A stretch of 27,870 nt of DNA from Candidatus Bipolaricaulota bacterium (lineage in GTDB: Bacteria > Bipolaricaulota > Bipolaricaulia > RBG-16-55-9 > DRXL01). Both the position numbers and the translations under genes were made by a program. Below the pieces are notes generated by a model that was not told the origin of the DNA, searched no databases, and saw only the letters and a list, made by a program, of their open reading frames with translations. The DNA is taken from assembly GCA_041641035.1 (NCBI GenBank), contig JBEPZC010000001.1, positions 1 to 27,870 on the forward strand, given 5' to 3'. Below are positions 24,215 through 27,870 of the stretch, piece after piece (the stretch's first letter is position 1; every line of letters begins with the position of its first letter).

Positions 24215-27200
24215 ATGAGCAAGACTCAGATCACACGACGCAGGTTCTTGAAGACGACGGCGTTGCTGGGCGGGACGGCGTTCTTTGTCACTCGCTTTGG
24301 TTGGCCTATCGAGCTGTTTGGACAGTCGGCGCAATATGATCTATCTAAGCCCGAGAATATTCTCTACACGGTCTGTCAGCAGTGCAACACTCAATGTGGG
24401 CTGAAAGTCAAGCTCTATGACGGCTTGGCAGCAAAGCTTGAGGGCAACCCCTATAGCCCATGGAACCTCCAGCCCAGTGTGCCGTATAAGACATCGCCCA
24501 AGGAAGTGGCCAAGCTCGATGGGCGGCTCTGCCCCAAGGGCCAAGCCGGCATTCAAACTGTTTATGACCCCTATAGGATCGTGAAGGTGCTCAAGCGCGC
24601 AGGCAAGCGCGGCGAGAACAAATGGGTAGCAATCCCCTTCGATCAAGCTATCAGCGAGATCGTCAACGGTGGGGATCTCTTTGGCGAAGGGCCCGTCCCC
24701 GGCTTGAAAGAGATCTGGGCGCTGCGTGACCCCAAGATCGCCAAAGCCATGGCCGACGACGTCAAGGCGATCTGGGCTAAGAAGACCACCGACGAGAAAC
24801 GCTCTGCAGTAGCAGCGTTCAAAGAGAAGTACGCGAGCTATCTGGACACGCTGATCGACCCCGATCACCCCGATCTTGGGCCCAAGAACAATCAGCTTGC
24901 GTTCTTGTGGGGGCGGCTCAAGGGCGGACGCGCTGAGCTCATTAAGCGTTTCACGGTCGAGAGCTTTGGTTCGGTCAACGCGCATGGGCACACGACCGTC
25001 TGTCAGGGCTCGCTCTACTTCGCCAGCAAAGCCATGAGCGAGCAGTATATCGGGGGCAAATGGACGGGTGGCAAGAAGTTCTATTGGCAAGCTGATCAGA
25101 ATAATTCTGAATTTATTATCTTCGTTGGGGCATCACCCTTTGAGGGCAACTATGGTCCAACGAATCGCGCGCCGGGGCTGACGCGCGGGCTGGTGTCGGG
25201 ACGATTGAAGTTCGCCGTCGTTGACCCGCGCTTCAGCAAGACGGCCTCGAAAGCGTGGAAATGGCTGCCTATCAAGCCCGGCACCGAGGCGGCTTTGGCG
25301 TTAGCGATGATCCGCTGGATCATCGAGAACAAACGCTATGACGCGCGCTACTTGAGCAACGCCAACAAAGCGGCAGCGACAGCCGACAAAGAGCCGACCT
25401 GGACGAATGCCTGCTGGCTGGTCACGATCAAAGATGGCCGACCCACGACGTTCCTGCGAGCAAAAGAGATCGGCTTGACCGACGAGGACCGCTTCGTCGT
25501 GCTCAAGGACGGTAAACCCATCGCGTTCGACCCCTACGACACGGCTACCCCTGTCGAGGGCGACCTGCTCGTCGACACCGAGCTGGGAGGGATCAAGGTC
25601 AAAAGCGGGCTGCAGGTCCTATGGGAGTCGGCATCTTCCAAGACGCTCGAAGAGTGGAGCGCTATCTGCGACATCCCCGTCCGGGATATCATCGAGCTGG
25701 CCAAAGAATTTACGAGCCACGGTAAGAAAGCCGCTGTAGATATCCATCGCGGCGTATCGCAGCATACCAACGGCTTCTATAATGTCTTCGCGTGGTTCGC
25801 TCTCAACCTGCTCATCGGCAACAACGACTGGAAAGGCGGGATGATCCAAGCTGCGACATTCGATCACACCGGTGGGAAGGAGGGCCAGCCATTTAACCTC
25901 GCCAAGCTCAACCCCGGAAAGACCACAGCGTTTGGGGTGAGCATCATTCGCCATGAGACCAAGTACGAAGAGACGACGCTCTTCGATGGGAAATACCCAG
26001 CCAAGCGCCCGTGGTATCCGCTCTCCAGCGATATCTATCAAGAGCAGATCCCGTCCATGGGCGACGCCTATCCCTATCCCGTCAAAGCCCTGTTCATCTA
26101 CATGGGCTCGCCGGTCTATGCCTTGCCCGCCGGACATACGAATATCGAGATCCTCGCCGACCCCAAGAAGATCCCGCTCATCGTTGCCTGCGACATCACT
26201 ATCGGCGAGACGTCCATGTACGCCGACTATATCTTCCCTGATCTGTCGTATCTGGAGCGATGGGAGTTTGCGGGGTCGCATCCCAGCATCGCGCAGAAAG
26301 TCCAGCCGATCCGCCAGCCGGTCATCGCGCCCTTGACCGAAACTGTCAAAGTCTTTGGGCAAGAGATGCCGCTCTCCCTGGAGGCGATGCTCTTAGGGAT
26401 TGCCGAGAAGCTGGGGCTGCCGGGCTTCGGCAAGGACGGCTTCGGCGAAGGCCAAGACTTCACTCATCCCGACCAACTCTATCTGCGCATGGTGGCCAAC
26501 GTCGCCGCCGGAGATAAACCGGGCAACGAAGTCCCCGATGCTGATGATGCTGAAGTCGAGCTGTTTGTCAAAGCCCGACGACACCTGCCCAAGACGGTCT
26601 TCGATCCGGAGCGCTGGCAACAGATCGTCGGCGAGAAGTGGTGGCGCAAGGTCGTCTACGTTCTCAACAGAGGCGGACGCTTCGACGACTTCGAGCGTGG
26701 CTACGACGGCGACTACGCGCGCAATAAGTACGGCACGCTCATCAATCTCTACCAAGAGAAGACAGCGCTCATAAAGAACAGTATGACGGGCAAGCCCTTG
26801 GCAGGCTACCCAGTCTATCTGCCGATAGCCGACTCGGTAGGCCGACCGCTCGAGGACGAAAAGCAAGGCTTCGATCTCCATCTCATCACCCACAGGGAGA
26901 TCGTCCAGACGAAGTCCCGAACGGTTGGGAACTATTGGCTGCTCGCGGTCATGCCGGAGAACTCTATCTTGGTGAACTCCCGTGATGCCCAGCGCCTCCA
27001 GCTTCAGGACGGTGATCTAGTGAAGATCACCTCGGCGAGCAACCCCGAGGGCGTCTGGGATTTGCGCAACGGTGTCAAAGTTCCCATGATCGGCCGAGTG
27101 AAGGTCACGGAGACGATCCGCCCAGGAGTGATCAGCTTCGCCCTGGGGTATGGCCATTGGGCCTACGGTGCCACCGACGTCGTCATTGACGGGGAGGTGA

Positions 27201-27367
27201 TCACCGGCGACGAGCGTCGGCGTGCGACGGGCTTAGGCGGTGTCGCCGGCGTCCATGCGAACGCTGCCATGCGCGTCGACCCCTACCTCAAGAACACGTG
27301 CTTAGTCGACGTCTACGGCGGTAGTGCGGTCTTCTATGACACGAAAGTCAAATTGATCAAGGTGTAA
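24215..27367 (+). CDS. ttrA: Mo/W-bisPGD oxidoreductase catalytic subunit, tetrathionate reductase TtrA family
   Basis: Tat signal TRRRFLK; FS0 motif CQQCNTQC...CPKG; TtrA-type [17 protein letters not shown] and [10 protein letters not shown] segments; GHTTVCQG (likely Mo-ligating Cys). Start ATG 24215 after AGGAGG. The substrate is not established. Confidence 0.8.
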   Translation: MSKTQITRRRFLKTTALLGGTAFFVTRFGWPIELFGQSAQYDLSKPENILYTVCQQCNTQCGLKVKLYDGLAAKLEGNPYSPWNLQPSVPYKTSPKEVAKLDGRLCPKGQAGIQTVYDPYRIVKVLKRAGKRGENKWVAIPFDQAISEIVNGGDLFGEGPVPGLKEIWALRDPKIAKAMADDVKAIWAKKTTDEKRSAVAAFKEKYASYLDTLIDPDHPDLGPKNNQLAFLWGRLKGGRAELIKRFTVESFGSVNAHGHTTVCQGSLYFASKAMSEQYIGGKWTGGKKFYWQADQNNSEFIIFVGASPFEGNYGPTNRAPGLTRGLVSGRLKFAVVDPRFSKTASKAWKWLPIKPGTEAALALAMIRWIIENKRYDARYLSNANKAAATADKEPTWTNACWLVTIKDGRPTTFLRAKEIGLTDEDRFVVLKDGKPIAFDPYDTATPVEGDLLVDTELGGIKVKSGLQVLWESASSKTLEEWSAICDIPVRDIIELAKEFTSHGKKAAVDIHRGVSQHTNGFYNVFAWFALNLLIGNNDWKGGMIQAATFDHTGGKEGQPFNLAKLNPGKTTAFGVSIIRHETKYEETTLFDGKYPAKRPWYPLSSDIYQEQIPSMGDAYPYPVKALFIYMGSPVYALPAGHTNIEILADPKKIPLIVACDITIGETSMYADYIFPDLSYLERWEFAGSHPSIAQKVQPIRQPVIAPLTETVKVFGQEMPLSLEAMLLGIAEKLGLPGFGKDGFGEGQDFTHPDQLYLRMVANVAAGDKPGNEVPDADDAEVELFVKARRHLPKTVFDPERWQQIVGEKWWRKVVYVLNRGGRFDDFERGYDGDYARNKYGTLINLYQEKTALIKNSMTGKPLAGYPVYLPIADSVGRPLEDEKQGFDLHLITHREIVQTKSRTVGNYWLLAVMPENSILVNSRDAQRLQLQDGDLVKITSASNPEGVWDLRNGVKVPMIGRVKVTETIRPGVISFALGYGHWAYGATDVVIDGEVITGDERRRATGLGGVAGVHANAAMRVDPYLKNTCLVDVYGGSAVFYDTKVKLIKV

Positions 27368-27374
27368 AAGCTTT

Positions 27375-27415
27375 CACTCCCTCTCCCGTCCGTCCCCAAG
27401 ACGGGAGAGGGAGTG
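27375..27415. repeat. Perfect 16-bp inverted repeat after ttrA (terminator or REP-like)
   Basis: CACTCCCTCTCCCGTC-N9-GACGGGAGAGGGAGTG. Confidence 0.75.
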
Positions 27416-27445
27416 CCCGCAACCCCCAATGAGAAAGGCGGTACT

Positions 27446-27870
27446 ATGCAATTTGCTCTCGTCAGCATACTGCTCACATGGATGACGCTCAGTGCTCCTA
27501 CCCAAGACTGCACTGTGACCGTCCAGCCGGGACAGTCCATCCAACAGACCATCAACGCCGTGGCTGAAGGTGCTCTCGTGTGTCTTACAGCGGGCACGTT
27601 CACTGAGAATATAGCGATTACAAAGAGCCTAACGCTCCGTGGCGCAGGAAGAACCCAAACCATTCTCCAGGGGGCGGTGCGAATCGAGCGCGACCACGAG
27701 ATCACGGTGACCCTATCAGAATTAGCTGTGAGCAGATCGCTTTTTGGCGCTGCTGTGCGCATCGGCGGGAGGGCGAACGCCTCTCTCAATGGTGTTGCTC
27801 TCACCGAGAGCTTCATGGGCTTGCTCGCTGCAGGTTCTGCTCGAGTCACGCTCAACAGCGTCCAAATACT
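27446..27870 (+). CDS. Secreted parallel beta-helix (pectin lyase-like) protein, truncated at the window edge
   Basis: Missing from the track. My translation: MQFALVSILLTWMTLSAPTQDCTVTVQPGQSIQQTINAVAEGALVCLTAGTFTENIAITKSLTLRGAG, open to the window end. GAAAGG RBS. Confidence 0.8.
   Translation, partial: MQFALVSILLTWMTLSAPTQDCTVTVQPGQSIQQTINAVAEGALVCLTAGTFTENIAITKSLTLRGAGRTQTILQGAVRIERDHEITVTLSELAVSRSLFGAAVRIGGRANASLNGVALTESFMGLLAAGSARVTLNSVQI

Noticed and set aside
359-27855. Long alternative-frame or antisense ORFs (e.g. 3349..3999, 6306..7070, 9596..10303, 11305..12195, 14559..15251, 16895..17512, 22775..23989, 24341..25090, 27334..27855)
   Set aside because: They overlap well-supported genes, lack recognisable motifs, and are expected shadows in GC-rich coding DNA.
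1-27870. CRISPR arrays, IS elements, selenocysteine/pyrrolysine read-through, pseudogenes
   Set aside because: I saw no regularly spaced repeats, no transposase motifs, and no in-frame stops or frameshifts in the recognised genes.

Overview
This 27.9-kb bacterial window is almost entirely one anaerobic-respiration supercluster. It holds ten multiheme c-type cytochrome genes, in which I count 96 heme-binding motifs (94 CxxCH, one CX3CH, one CX4CH). The minus-strand arm encodes a Rieske/cytochrome b complex with a nonaheme partner, two tandem split CbcL-like modules (multiheme c plus FdnI-type cytochrome b) and two paralogous 19-heme proteins with NapC/NrfH-like N-termini. The plus-strand arm encodes an HAO-family octaheme, an ArsR-linked octaheme, System II cytochrome c maturation (resA-resB-resC), a hexaheme-pentaheme-hexaheme trio and a TtrBA-like molybdoenzyme with no TtrC anchor. 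Three Crp/Fnr regulators, a USP, tRNA-Val(TAC), a thioesterase, a truncated SRAP gene and a truncated beta-helix protein gene complete the window. The most notable signals are: (1) the TtrB-like subunit lacks exactly the four Cys ligands of the membrane-proximal FS4 cluster; (2) ResB is fused to a double zinc ribbon and an RnfB/AcsC-type Fe-S domain; (3) pairs of ATGA-N6-TCAT-like boxes, 22 bp apart, recur in front of seven putative transcription units. All family assignments come from motif recognition by eye; no database search was run.
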